This document shows positions 1-11,876 of a stretch of DNA of 50,545 nt, in pieces. Source of the DNA: an uncultured Actinomyces sp. GTDB lineage: Bacteria > Actinomycetota > Actinomycetes > Actinomycetales > Actinomycetaceae. The position numbers were made by a program, and so were the translations under genes. The notes beneath the pieces are model-generated. The model saw only the letters and a list, made by a program, of their open reading frames with translations. It did not search any database and was not told the origin of the DNA. The DNA lies in the NCBI GenBank assembly GCA_938022345.1, contig CALIEP010000350.1, forward strand, positions 1 to 50,545, written 5' to 3'. Position 1 is the first letter of the stretch, and the number at the start of each line of letters is the position of its first letter.

Positions 1-1998
<1,998 letters not shown>

Positions 1999-2013
1999 TT
2001 CGCTGGTTGTTTC

Positions 2014-2045
2014 AGGGGCTTCACGCCGGTGGGCGTGAAGCCCCT
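2014..2045 (+). terminator. Stem-loop after gdhA
   Basis: AGGGGCTTCACGCC-ggtg-GGCGTGAAGCCCCT perfect 14-bp inverted repeat. Confidence 0.8.
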
Positions 2046-2179
2046 ATCCTTTACAAGGCGGGGGAGTGCGTTCAATGAAACAGAGGGACTTCCTTCGGGT
2101 CTAGTGCGAAATGCAGGGCGCGCGTAGCATTTTCGATATCGCAATGAAGCGAGGACATTGGGCAAGCGGAGGTTCAGTG

Positions 2180-2791
2180 ATGTTCTGGGATCGGGTTGCG
2201 CCCCTTTACGACTTCTTCGAAAACACATTTAATCGCGGCGTGTATGACGGAACAGGCGTCGCTGTCGCTCAGCTGGTTGGCCTCGAAGATGAGGTTCTTG
2301 AATGTGCCTGCGGAACCGGTGCAATCAGCACCTTCCTTGCGCCGATATGCAAGAGGCTGGTCGCTACCGACTTTTCTGAGGGAATGCTCAAACAAGCGCG
2401 GAAGAAACTTGCGAAATATCGCAATGCTACGGTCGAAAGAGCTGACATCACGTGCCTTCACTACGAGGATGCCTCCTTCGACATCGTCATCGCTGGTAAT
2501 GTCATCCATCTGCTTCCAGATCCTGGTGCTGTTATGAGGGAACTTGAACGAGTCGTCCGCCCCGGAGGCACTATCGTCGTCCCGACTTACGTCAAGCGTC
2601 GCCCAAGCAAACAAGGGATAATCCCAAAGATCCTTGGGAAACTTGGTGCTGACTTCAAGGAACAATTCGATGTGGACTCCTATCGAGCTTTCTTTGAGAA
2701 ATTGGGATACAGCAACGTTACCTACACCCTTATCGATGGCCGCATTCCTTGTGTGATCGCTTCCATCACCTGTAACAATGATGGCCAATAG
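2180..2791 (+). CDS. Class I SAM-dependent methyltransferase (UbiE-like)
   Basis: VLECACGTG motif I, ATDFSEGML, ADITCLHYEDASFDIVIAGNVIHLL, LERVVRPGG; GGAGG RBS at 2168-2172. Confidence 0.85.
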   Translation: MFWDRVAPLYDFFENTFNRGVYDGTGVAVAQLVGLEDEVLECACGTGAISTFLAPICKRLVATDFSEGMLKQARKKLAKYRNATVERADITCLHYEDASFDIVIAGNVIHLLPDPGAVMRELERVVRPGGTIVVPTYVKRRPSKQGIIPKILGKLGADFKEQFDVDSYRAFFEKLGYSNVTYTLIDGRIPCVIASITCNNDGQ

Positions 2792-2822
2792 TCCTCACTG
2801 TTGAGCTCGCCCGGAGTCTGAG

Positions 2823-3003
2823 ATGGCATTTGATTTTAAGAAGGAATATAAGGAACTCTACGCGCCTAAGAAAGGGCCGAGCATCCTTGAAGTTCCACCG
2901 ATGCACTTCGTCGCTGTGCGCGGTAGTGGAGACCCTAACGATAGAGGAAGGATTGTGCGTGCAGTGCCTGCACATTGGTAGCTACGACGATGAGCCCGCC
3001 ACC
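2823..3003 (+). pseudogene. GyrI-like small-molecule-binding protein remnant with internal deletion and frameshift
   Basis: 2823-2939 reads MAFDFKKEYKELYAPKKGPSILEVPPMHFVAVRGSGDPN (family N-terminus); 2938-3003 in another frame reads TIEEGLCVQCLHIGSYDDEPAT (family C-terminal motif); the middle and end are missing. Confidence 0.8.
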
Positions 3004-3102
3004 CGATCAAAGCTTCAGAAGAGAAGAAATGAGCGAGTGTTTACACTTTATTATCCGCCTTTCGTGACCGGGTGGGGATATCGTTGAGAGTGCAATGGAA
3101 AG

Positions 3103-3951
3103 GTGAGCAGGACAATGCAATCAGTTGCCATAGTCGCTATCGCGCTGTCGTGGCTCCTTGCCGCTCTTGCGATCGTCTTTGCTCTTCGAATGCGCCGAGA
3201 CGTTCAGCGCCTACGCGCAGAGAAAGAACAACTACGTAAACTCCACCAGGACTACATGGCTGGTCCGGCGGTGCTCTCCCACGAATTACGCACTCCATTG
3301 ACTGTCGTCAGGGGAGCGGCAGAACTTCTTGCTGATGGTTCGGCTGGACCTATGAATGACGTGCAAATGAAGTTTGCGAAGACCATTGCGGAAAATGCGC
3401 ACCAGGTCGTCGAAATGGCTGATGATCTTCTGGCCGAAGTGCGCCTGGAATCTGATTTATTCAATCTTCGTCTTCAACGCGTTGAAATGCGCGAGTTGGT
3501 GCGTCGAAACGTCGCGCAGATGCGGCGTTTTCATTCCTCGCCCATCCGTCTGTAAAACCATGGAGCACCCATCTATATGTCGCTGGATCCGCGCTTGATG
3601 GGGCAGGCGATTGCCAATGTTATTAATAACGCAGCCCGTCATGCGGGCGATGATGTTTCGATTGTCGTGACAGTACAAGCTTTTGATGAAGACGTCACCA
3701 TTTCTATCGTTGATGACGGTCGCGGAATGACCCAGGAAGAAAAAGAACGTCTCTTCATCCCATTCGATACCGGAGGGTCGCTTCGACCTGGAACAGGCTT
3801 AGGGATGATGCTTACGCAAAAGATTTTGAAACTTCACGGTGGAACGATCTTGGTTGATACGGTTTCCTCCAAAGGCACAACCTTTTATCTGACTATTCCG
3901 CGTACCATACGAAGTGGCGATCAATCACTCCTGCCTGAGGAGGGCCAATGA
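3103..3951 (+). pseudogene. Sensor histidine kinase (HisKA + HATPase_c) interrupted by one in-frame TAA at 3553-3555
   Basis: H-box LSHELRTPLT, N-box NVINNAARH, G1 DDGRG, G2 GTGLGM; ORFs 3103-3555 and 3577-3951 are in the same frame; single N-terminal TM helix. Confidence 0.85.
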
Positions 3952-4625
3952 GCGCGAAGGCTTTAGTTGTTGATGATGAGCCCCAGATCCTCATGATTAT
4001 CAAATTCGCCCTTGAAACTGCGGGAATAACTGTAGAAACCGCAAGCGATGGGGCGAAGGCATGGGAGAAATTTACAACTCACTACTACGACCTGGTCATT
4101 CTTTACCTCATGATTCCCGTGATCTCAGGGATTTCGCTTGCTCAAAGAATCCGAGCGATGAGTGATGTTCCGATCATCATGATTACGGCGCTTTCTGAAG
4201 AATCCGACCGCATTAAGGGACTTGAAAGCGGTGCGGATGACTACATTACGAAACCTTTTAGTCCTAAGGAAATGACTCTTCGCGCTCAGGCTCTTTTGCG
4301 CCGAAGCAAGAAGGACCCCAACGATGTTGTGTCCAACGGTCCTTTGCGTATTGATCGACATGACCGGAAAGTCTATGTCGACGGTGCGCCGGTGGAGTTG
4401 TCCTCGACAGAACGACGCTTCTTGGATTTCCTTGCTTCGCATATTGGGGAGCCTGTGAGCTACCGCGAGCTCCTTAACTCTGTGTGGGAAACGCAGGATA
4501 GCTCGGGTGGGAAAGACATGATCAAGATGACCGCTTATCGTTTGCGAGGCGCTCTTGGGGATCGTGGGGGAGAGCTGATCCAATCGATTCGCTCGGTTGG
4601 GTACACGATGCCGGATCTTCGGTAA
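3948..4625 (+). CDS. OmpR/PhoB-family response regulator; phospho-acceptor position reads Tyr (D53Y)
   Basis: LVVDDE, DLVILYLMIP, GADDYITKPF and winged-helix C-terminus IQSIRSVGY; overlaps the kinase stop (ATGA). Confidence 0.92.
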   Translation: MSAKALVVDDEPQILMIIKFALETAGITVETASDGAKAWEKFTTHYYDLVILYLMIPVISGISLAQRIRAMSDVPIIMITALSEESDRIKGLESGADDYITKPFSPKEMTLRAQALLRRSKKDPNDVVSNGPLRIDRHDRKVYVDGAPVELSSTERRFLDFLASHIGEPVSYRELLNSVWETQDSSGGKDMIKMTAYRLRGALGDRGGELIQSIRSVGYTMPDLR

Positions 4626-4647
4626 CAGATCAGTTACCGCTCGTTAC
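4622..4647 (+). promoter_or_regulatory. Candidate OmpR-family binding box upstream of the ABC operon
   Basis: GTAAC (4622), GTTAC (4633), GTTAC (4643): direct repeats one helical turn apart. Confidence 0.5.
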
Positions 4648-4749
4648 TAAGGGTGCCTTTTTCGTGTTCTGTTTCACGTAAGAATGAAACCAAGAGCGCA
4701 CGAGCCTAGTGACAGCCCCGTGCATACCCTCGATTCAAAGGAGAATCTG

Positions 4750-5808
4750 ATGAAGAAGAGCTTCATCTCCCTTGCAGCATTCAGCGCGGCGGGTGCACTA
4801 GCACTTTCCGGTTGTGTTGTGAATGATTCCGCCTCCTCAGGTAGCAGTGAAAGCGGATCTTCGGATTCCATTACCGTTGCCTGTGGCGCAATGGAAGACC
4901 TCTGCCAGAAGTGGACAGAGACCTTCACCCAGCAGACCGGAATCAAGGCAACCTACGTTCGCCTTTCCTCCGGTGAGACCGTCGCTCGTCTGGACTCCGC
5001 GAAGGACAACCCAGAGTTTGATGTCTGGCACGGTGGACCGGTTGACGGCTACGGTGCAGCTGCAGAAAAGGGCCTGATCGAGGCCTACGATTCGCCCACC
5101 GCTAAGGAAATCCCGGATAAGTACAAGGACCCGAAGCACTACTGGACCGGTGTTTACGTCGGTGTTCTGGGCTTCTGCTCGAACCAGAAGGTTCTTGAAG
5201 AAAAGGGCCTCCAGGTTCCCCAGTCGTGGGATGACCTTCTCAAGCCCGAACTCAAGGGCCAGATTTCAACGGCACACCCCTCGACCTCGGGAACTGCGTT
5301 CACGACACTGTGGACCCAGGTTGTTCTTCGCGGTAGTGAAGACGCAGGCCTCGACTACATGAAGAAGATGCACGCAAATGTCCTGCAGTACACCAAGTCC
5401 GGTACTGCTCCCGGCCAGATCGCAGGACGCGGCGAGGTCGCAGTGGGCCTGGTCTTCTCTCACGACTGCGTGAAGTACCGCGATGAGGGCATGAAGGACC
5501 TCGTTGTTTCCTTCCCCAAGGAAGGCACCGGTTACGAGATCGGTGGTGTCGCTCTGGTGAAGAACTCGAAGCACTCCGAGGCCGCCAAGAAGTACATCGA
5601 CTGGGCAATTTCGGCTGACGCTCAGAACCTTGGCCAGACCGTTGGCTCGAACCAGATTCTGACCAACCCGAACGCCAAGACCAACGACAAGATGGCCAAG
5701 CTCGATGAGATCAACCTGATCGATTACGACTTCGCTGCAGCAGCGGCCGCAAAGCCCGAGCTGACGAAGCGTTTCGATGAAGAGGTTGCCGCAAAGCCGC
5801 GCCAGTAG
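4750..5808 (+). CDS. ABC transporter substrate-binding lipoprotein (AfuA/Fe3+/sugar-phosphate family)
   Basis: Signal peptide with lipobox LSGC; motifs WHGGP, PQSWDDLL, HPSTSGTAF, FPKEGTGYEIGG; AAGGAG RBS. Confidence 0.9.
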   Translation: MKKSFISLAAFSAAGALALSGCVVNDSASSGSSESGSSDSITVACGAMEDLCQKWTETFTQQTGIKATYVRLSSGETVARLDSAKDNPEFDVWHGGPVDGYGAAAEKGLIEAYDSPTAKEIPDKYKDPKHYWTGVYVGVLGFCSNQKVLEEKGLQVPQSWDDLLKPELKGQISTAHPSTSGTAFTTLWTQVVLRGSEDAGLDYMKKMHANVLQYTKSGTAPGQIAGRGEVAVGLVFSHDCVKYRDEGMKDLVVSFPKEGTGYEIGGVALVKNSKHSEAAKKYIDWAISADAQNLGQTVGSNQILTNPNAKTNDKMAKLDEINLIDYDFAAAAAAKPELTKRFDEEVAAKPRQ

Positions 5809-5815
5809 TGGTGCA

Positions 5816-5860
5816 AGGGAGGGGATGGTTCTTTCCATGTCCCTGTTCCATCCCCTCCCT
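5816..5860 (+). promoter_or_regulatory. Intercistronic stem-loop between the binding-protein and permease genes
   Basis: AGGGAGGGGATGG...CCATCCCCTCCCT 13-bp inverted repeat; typical mRNA stabilizer/attenuator position. Confidence 0.6.
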
Positions 5861-5945
5861 CTTTCTTCGCGTGTCCGCTGAAAGATGCGCACATCAACAG
5901 GGACTTTTCCGCGTTACGCGGGTACTTGGAGAGATCGGATAGCCA

Positions 5946-7715
5946 ATGTCAGTGGAGACAGTTGCGCCACCACGCACCCAAGGGGCACAAACCCCGCAGG
6001 CGCAAGCCGTGGCCTCGGGAAAGAAAAAACGAACGAAGGTGCGCCGCGACCCCGTGACGGTTGCGATCGTCGCGATCATTACAGCAGTTCTCTTCCTTCT
6101 GGTCTTGCTGCCGCTGGTCACGATCTTGGCACGTGCCTTCTCAACTGATGGCCTGAAGGTTTTGACCTCCTTCGCCAGCTCGACAACGAACCGAACGATT
6201 GCGCTGAACACGATCGTTCTGGGCCTAGTTGTTGGCTTGATTGGTACTCTTGCTGGTTTCTTCTTCGCCTACGTCCAGGCGCGAGTGGATATCCCGGGTA
6301 AGAAGATCCTCCACCTGATTTGCATGATCCCGATCGTCTCGCCGCCTTTCGCTGTGGCAACATCGGTCATCACTCTGTTTGGTCGTAACGGCCTGATCTC
6401 GACGCAGGTTCTGGGACAACAGTGGAATATCTATGGCCTCTCAGGTCTGACCCTGGTTTTGTCGCTTTCCTTCTTCCCCGTCGCATACATGAATATGCTC
6501 GGAATGCTCAAGAACCTTGACCCCGCAATGGAAGAAGCCGCCGCCTCCTTGGGTGCGTCCTCGTGGACAATCTTCCGTACCGTTACGCTTCCGATGCTCG
6601 TCCCCGGCTTTGCCGCTTCCTTCCTTCTTCTTTTCGTCGAGGCCATTGCCGACCTGGCGAACCCGCTGGTCATTGGCGGTGACTTCACCGTTCTGGCATC
6701 GCGCGCGTACATCGCTGTTAACGGCGAATACAACACGGCTGCGGGCTCGGCATACTCATTGATTCTTCTGGTTCCTGCGCTCCTTGTCTTCCTCCTGCAG
6801 CGCTACTGGTCAGGACGCTCCTCAACGGTTACCGTGACGGGCAAGCCGACTGGTAAGGTCCGTATGGTCCGCTCCATGAAGGCACGCATCCCGCTGGGAA
6901 TCGCAACCTTCCTACTGGCCGCGTTCGTTGTCACCATCTACGCAACGGTTATTGTTGGAGCCTTCGTCTCGATCTTGGGCGTGGATAACACCTTCACTCT
7001 GAAGAACTTCAAGTACGTGCTCTCGGGCATCGGCAATGATGCCATCATCGACACGACCATCTTGGCCCTGATCGCAACGCCCATCGCCGGCGTCTTGGGC
7101 ATGGTCGTCGCATGGCTGGTGGTCGTACGCCTTAAGGCCTCGGCTGGCTTCATGGACTTCCTGGGCATGCTCGGCCTGTCTGTTCCCGGTACGGTTCTGG
7201 GTATTGGTTACCTCATCACCTACAACAAGCCGCTCATCGTTGGTGGAAAACTGATGTTGATGCCTGCGCTCGCGGGTGGTTCTGCGGTCTTCGGTGGCGC
7301 GCTGGCGATCATCATGGTTTACGTTGCGCGTTCGATGCCCTCGGGTCAACGTTCCGGTATTGCCTCCCTTCACCAGGTTGACCACTCGATTGACGAGGCC
7401 TCGACCTCCTTGGGTGCCTCGGGCTTGCATACCTTCATGAAGGTGACGCTTCCTCTGATCCGTCCGGCATTCATCGCTGGCTTGACCTACGCATTCGCGC
7501 GATCCATGACGACGCTGTCGCCGATCATTTTCATCACGACTCCTAAGACGAAGATTATGACCTCGCAGATTCTTGCTGAGGTTGATGCAGGCCGTTTCGG
7601 TAACGCTTTTGCCTTCTGCACGATCTTGATCATCATCGTGATGGCTGTTATCGGCCTAACAAATGTTCTTGTTCGAGATAAATCTGTCACCGCCACCAAT
7701 GGCGCGGGCATGTAA
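5946..7715 (+). CDS. ABC transporter permease (AfuB/FbpB type, two fused membrane domains)
   Basis: Many hydrophobic segments and two EAA loops (EEAAASLGAS, DEASTSLGAS). Confidence 0.92.
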   Translation: MSVETVAPPRTQGAQTPQAQAVASGKKKRTKVRRDPVTVAIVAIITAVLFLLVLLPLVTILARAFSTDGLKVLTSFASSTTNRTIALNTIVLGLVVGLIGTLAGFFFAYVQARVDIPGKKILHLICMIPIVSPPFAVATSVITLFGRNGLISTQVLGQQWNIYGLSGLTLVLSLSFFPVAYMNMLGMLKNLDPAMEEAAASLGASSWTIFRTVTLPMLVPGFAASFLLLFVEAIADLANPLVIGGDFTVLASRAYIAVNGEYNTAAGSAYSLILLVPALLVFLLQRYWSGRSSTVTVTGKPTGKVRMVRSMKARIPLGIATFLLAAFVVTIYATVIVGAFVSILGVDNTFTLKNFKYVLSGIGNDAIIDTTILALIATPIAGVLGMVVAWLVVVRLKASAGFMDFLGMLGLSVPGTVLGIGYLITYNKPLIVGGKLMLMPALAGGSAVFGGALAIIMVYVARSMPSGQRSGIASLHQVDHSIDEASTSLGASGLHTFMKVTLPLIRPAFIAGLTYAFARSMTTLSPIIFITTPKTKIMTSQILAEVDAGRFGNAFAFCTILIIIVMAVIGLTNVLVRDKSVTATNGAGM

Positions 7716-7736
7716 TTGTTGACAAAGGAAAGACCC

Positions 7737-8879
7737 ATGTCGAATACGAATGACACAAATGCTCCCGGCCGCCTGTCCCTGGTGGAGCTGACCAAGACCT
7801 TCTCGAACACCGCTTCCGAGGTCACCGCGGTTGATCACATCAACCTCGATATTCACCCCGGTGAATTCATCACCCTTCTGGGCCCCTCGGGCTGTGGCAA
7901 GACCACGACCCTGCGTATGATCGCAGGCTTCGAAGATGCGACTTCGGGCCAGGTCATGCTCGATGGCGAAAACATGGTGGTTGTTCCGCCGAACAAGCGC
8001 CCCATGTCCATGGTGTTCCAGTCCTACGCATTGTTCCCTCACCTGAGCGTGCGCGAGAACGTGGCATACGGCCTGCATCTGCGTAAGAAGAGCGCAGCGG
8101 AAATCAAGGAAGAGGTCGATATTGCGCTTGCGGCAATGAACCTGACCGCAATGGCTGATCGCGCTCCTTCCCAACTTTCCGGTGGCCAGCAGCAGCGTGT
8201 TGCACTGGCCCGAGCGATGGTTGTGCGCCCGAAGGTACTGCTCTTCGATGAGCCTTTGTCGAACTTGGATGCGAAGCTTCGTGTGAAGATGCGTGTGGAG
8301 ATTCGTCGGATGCAAAAGCGTCTGGGGATTTCCTCCGTGTACGTGACACACGATCAGTCCGAAGCAATGGCAATGTCTGACCGCATTGTCGTGATGAATG
8401 CGGGACGAATCGAACAGGTGGATACTCCCGAAGAGATCTACCTGCACCCGGCCAGTGTTTTTGTTGCTGACTTCGTTGGTCGCGCGAACTTTGTTCCCGC
8501 AAAGGCTACTGAGGTCGGCGAGGACGGTAAGGTCCAGATTGAGGCTTTGGGCCAGCAGCTCAACGTCCACGCTTCAGAGAGCGCAAAGGAAGCCGTTCGT
8601 TCGGGCGACGAGCTGGTTGTTCTGGTTCGCCCTGAATCCATGCGTATCTCTGCAACCGATGAGAAGCCTGCGGCACTCACCGGTTCGCTGGGCCAGGTTG
8701 TCACCTCGATCTTCTACGGCGAAACCGTTGAGTACGAGATCGAAACCGAATTTGGCTCGCTGGTGTGTGTGGTCTCCGACCCGCGTGCAGAGGACCTTCT
8801 TGAAGAAGGACAGTACGTCCGCCTGGGAATCGAGGCAGAAAAGGCCTGGCTCTTGCCTTCTGGCCAGCTGGCCTCCTGA
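7737..8879 (+). CDS. ABC transporter ATP-binding subunit (AfuC/FbpC/PotA type)
   Basis: Walker A GPSGCGKTT, signature LSGGQQQR, Walker B LLFDEP, H-loop VTHDQ, TOBE-like tail. Confidence 0.95.
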   Translation: MSNTNDTNAPGRLSLVELTKTFSNTASEVTAVDHINLDIHPGEFITLLGPSGCGKTTTLRMIAGFEDATSGQVMLDGENMVVVPPNKRPMSMVFQSYALFPHLSVRENVAYGLHLRKKSAAEIKEEVDIALAAMNLTAMADRAPSQLSGGQQQRVALARAMVVRPKVLLFDEPLSNLDAKLRVKMRVEIRRMQKRLGISSVYVTHDQSEAMAMSDRIVVMNAGRIEQVDTPEEIYLHPASVFVADFVGRANFVPAKATEVGEDGKVQIEALGQQLNVHASESAKEAVRSGDELVVLVRPESMRISATDEKPAALTGSLGQVVTSIFYGETVEYEIETEFGSLVCVVSDPRAEDLLEEGQYVRLGIEAEKAWLLPSGQLAS

Positions 8880-8953
8880 ACTACTGGATGCAATCGCCTG
8901 AATGTAGGCGGATGCGCCCCAGCGGCGTTCATACAATGAAATAACGGCGCGGC

Positions 8954-8997
8954 CCGGGGCCGGGTGAGGGGAGTGATTGTCCCTCACCCGGCCCCGG
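8954..8997 (+). terminator. Stem-loop after the ABC operon
   Basis: CCGGGGCCGGGTGAGGG...CCCTCACCCGGCCCCGG 17-bp inverted repeat. Confidence 0.7.
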
Positions 8998-9035
8998 CCT
9001 CGTCAATAATTAGATGAATCGGCTACCCTTTAGAC

Positions 9036-10163
9036 GTGGCCATTGAGTTTTCTGAAGAGATCCAGTCCTTGCGTACGACGATGGAAAATATTTCCGCCGT
9101 TGTACAGCCCGAGCGTCTTCGCGCTCAAATCGCGGAGCTGTCGCAGAAGGCAGCTGCTCCTGACCTGTGGGATGACCCCGCGCATGCACAGGAAGTGACT
9201 TCACAGCTATCGCACCGCCAGAGCGAGCTCGATCGTGTTCTGGCAATGGAAGAGCGCATTGACGACCTCGAGGCAATTGTCGACATGGCCCGTGAGACCG
9301 CTGAGAGCGATCCTGCGGACGCGGAAGATATTTTTGCCGAGGCTGAATCTGACCTTGCCTCATTGAAAGACGACATGTCCGCCCTTGAGATCCGCACTCT
9401 TCTTGACGGTGAATATGACGAGCGCAACGCAGTCATCACCATCCGAAGCGGCGCTGGCGGCGTGGATGCTGCAGATTTCGCTGAGATCCTGCTGCGCATG
9501 TACTTGCGCTGGGCAGAGCGCCACGGATATCCGACGAAGGTTATGGATACGTCCTATGCAGAAGAAGCTGGCTTAAAGTCCGCAACCTTTGAGGTTCAAG
9601 CTCCTTACGCCTATGGCACTCTTTCGGTCGAGGCGGGCACCCACCGCCTCGTGCGTATCAGTCCCTTCGATAACCAGGGGCGTCGTCAGACTTCTTTCGC
9701 TGCTGTTGAGGTTATTCCTCTGATCGAGTCGACTGACCACATTGAGATTCCCGAGTCCGAACTCAAGGTTGATGTCTTCCGTTCCTCTGGTCCCGGTGGT
9801 CAGTCGGTGAATACGACAGACTCCGCCGTTCGAATGACTCACATCCCGACGGGTATTGTCGTTTCGATGCAGGACGAAAAGTCACAGATTCAAAACCGTG
9901 CGGCAGCTCTTCGAGTTCTGCAGTCTCGCCTTCTTGTGTTGCGTCATGAGGAAGAGCAAGCGAAGAAGAAGGAGCTCGCGGGTGATGTGAAGGCTTCGTG
10001 GGGTGACCAGATGCGCTCCTACGTCTTGCAGCCCTACCAGATGGTGAAGGACCTGCGTACCGAATACGAGTCCGGCAATCCTCAGAACGTCTTCGATGGT
10101 GATATCGACGGCTTTATCAACGCTGGAATTCGTTGGCGTAAGAACCAGCAGAATCAAGACTGA
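9036..10163 (+). CDS. prfB: Peptide chain release factor 2
   Basis: SPF recognition motif (RISPFD) and GGQ (GPGGQSVN); continuous ORF without the +1 frameshift. Confidence 0.97.
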   Translation: MAIEFSEEIQSLRTTMENISAVVQPERLRAQIAELSQKAAAPDLWDDPAHAQEVTSQLSHRQSELDRVLAMEERIDDLEAIVDMARETAESDPADAEDIFAEAESDLASLKDDMSALEIRTLLDGEYDERNAVITIRSGAGGVDAADFAEILLRMYLRWAERHGYPTKVMDTSYAEEAGLKSATFEVQAPYAYGTLSVEAGTHRLVRISPFDNQGRRQTSFAAVEVIPLIESTDHIEIPESELKVDVFRSSGPGGQSVNTTDSAVRMTHIPTGIVVSMQDEKSQIQNRAAALRVLQSRLLVLRHEEEQAKKKELAGDVKASWGDQMRSYVLQPYQMVKDLRTEYESGNPQNVFDGDIDGFINAGIRWRKNQQNQD

Positions 10164-10167
10164 TGCG

Positions 10168-10194
10168 AAAAACCCGGGCCTAGCCCGGGTTTTT
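10168..10194 (+). terminator. Intrinsic terminator after prfB
   Basis: AAAAACCCGGGC-cta-GCCCGGGTTTTT. Confidence 0.8.
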
Positions 10195-10268
10195 GCGCGT
10201 GTCGCCTAAGTTTTGAGGCCCGAGCTGCATAGGGTAAAAGGGACCATAACCCCAATCAGAGACGGCTC

Positions 10269-10958
10269 ATGATTCGATTTGATCACGTCACCATGGTGTA
10301 TCAGCCTGGTGCGCGTCCGGCATTAGATGATGTTTCCCTTGAAGTGAAGCGCGGAGAGTTCGTCTTCCTCGTGGGAAAGTCCGGTTCCGGTAAGTCCACC
10401 TTCCTTCAACTCACCATGAGGGAAATTCGTGCGACGTCAGGAAAGGTGTGGGTCCTCGGCCATGACGTGGGTAAACTCTCGCGTTGGTCGGTCCCTAAGC
10501 TACGACGCCAGGTCGGGACCGTGTTCCAGGACTTCCGTTTGCTGCCTTCAAAGACCGTATACGAGAACGTTGCTCTGGCGATGGAGGTTATTGGTAAGCC
10601 TCGCCATGCTATCGAAACCCAGGTTCCCGATGTTTTGGAACTGGTCGGTTTGGCCGGTAAAGAAAAGCGTCTTCCCCATGAGCTTTCCGGTGGTGAAGAA
10701 CAGCGTGTGGCAATTGCGCGCGCGATGGTGAACCGTCCCGAGTTGCTTCTTGCAGATGAGCCGACCGGTAACTTGGACCCGGATACATCGCTCGGAATCA
10801 TGCGTTTGCTGGATCGTATTAACCGCAATGGGACCACGGTTGTTATGGCAACGCATGACGCTGCAATCGTGAACCAGATGCGTATGCGCGTCATTGAATT
10901 GCACGATGGAACGGTTGCTCGTGATCAGAACAGCGGCGTGTATGGGGCGGTGAAGTAA
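10269..10958 (+). CDS. ftsE: Cell division ATP-binding protein FtsE
   Basis: [35 protein letters not shown]; prfB-ftsE-ftsX-smpB synteny. Confidence 0.95.
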   Translation: MIRFDHVTMVYQPGARPALDDVSLEVKRGEFVFLVGKSGSGKSTFLQLTMREIRATSGKVWVLGHDVGKLSRWSVPKLRRQVGTVFQDFRLLPSKTVYENVALAMEVIGKPRHAIETQVPDVLELVGLAGKEKRLPHELSGGEEQRVAIARAMVNRPELLLADEPTGNLDPDTSLGIMRLLDRINRNGTTVVMATHDAAIVNQMRMRVIELHDGTVARDQNSGVYGAVK

Positions 10959-11872
10959 TGAAGTTACGTTTTATTCTTTCGGAAGTTGGCAAGGGCCTGT
11001 CGCGAAACCGTGCGATGTCTGTTGCCGTGGTGATCGTGACCTTCGTGTCCCTGCTGTTTGTTGGTATTGCAGGCCTTTCGCAGATGCAGGTCTCGCGAAT
11101 GAAGAGTCAGTGGTACGACAAGATCGAGGTCTCGATCTACATGTGTGCCAACAATGACCAGACTCCGAGCTGCAACAACCAAGAGGCAACGGAAACACAG
11201 ATTGCGGCGGTGCGCGATAAGCTCCGTTCTGCAGAGCTGGCGCCCTACGTGAAGGACGTCTACGAAGAATCAAAGGCTGAGGCCTTTAAGAACTTCGTGA
11301 AGATCTACGGTAATTCTCCGCTGGGGCAGTGGACGACCGAGGACATGATGCAGGTGTCTTTCCGCGTCAAGCTGGTCAATCCCGAGCAATTCAGCATTAT
11401 TCGAGACGAATTCACCGGTTCAGCTGGTGTATCCGTTGTCAAGGATCAGCGTGAGATTGTTGAGCCCCTATTCCAGGTTTTGGGTAAGGCCCGAGGCCTG
11501 TCGCTGGGCTTGGCGGGCGTCATGATCGTTGCTGCAGTCTTGCTCATTACGACCACTATTCGTCTGTCCGCGATGAGCCGTGAACGCGAAACCTCCATCA
11601 TGCGACTGGTTGGTGCCTCAAACATGTTTATTCAAGCTCCCTTCATGATCGAGGGCGCGATTGCTGCGGTGGTTGGTGCTCTCTTGGCAGTGGGAACCCT
11701 GTTCGTCGGTGTTCACGTCCTGGTGAATCAGTGGCTTGCGCAGGCTTTCCGTTGGACGAACTTTATTGGCATGCGTGAGGTGTGGATCATGTCGCCGATC
11801 CTCATCATTGCTGCGGTGCTCCTTGCGCTGTCGGCATCCGCATTCTCACTGGCGAAGTACACGAAGATCTGA
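10958..11872 (+). CDS. ftsX: Cell division permease FtsX
   Basis: Four TM segments, RERETSIMRLVGAS..FIQAPFMIEG motif, coupled to ftsE (TAATG). Confidence 0.95.
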   Translation: MKLRFILSEVGKGLSRNRAMSVAVVIVTFVSLLFVGIAGLSQMQVSRMKSQWYDKIEVSIYMCANNDQTPSCNNQEATETQIAAVRDKLRSAELAPYVKDVYEESKAEAFKNFVKIYGNSPLGQWTTEDMMQVSFRVKLVNPEQFSIIRDEFTGSAGVSVVKDQREIVEPLFQVLGKARGLSLGLAGVMIVAAVLLITTTIRLSAMSRERETSIMRLVGASNMFIQAPFMIEGAIAAVVGALLAVGTLFVGVHVLVNQWLAQAFRWTNFIGMREVWIMSPILIIAAVLLALSASAFSLAKYTKI

Positions 11873-11876
11873 TCCT

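Noticed and set aside
9036..10163. Programmed +1 frameshift in prfB
   Set aside because: The ORF is continuous with no internal CTT TGA site in frame
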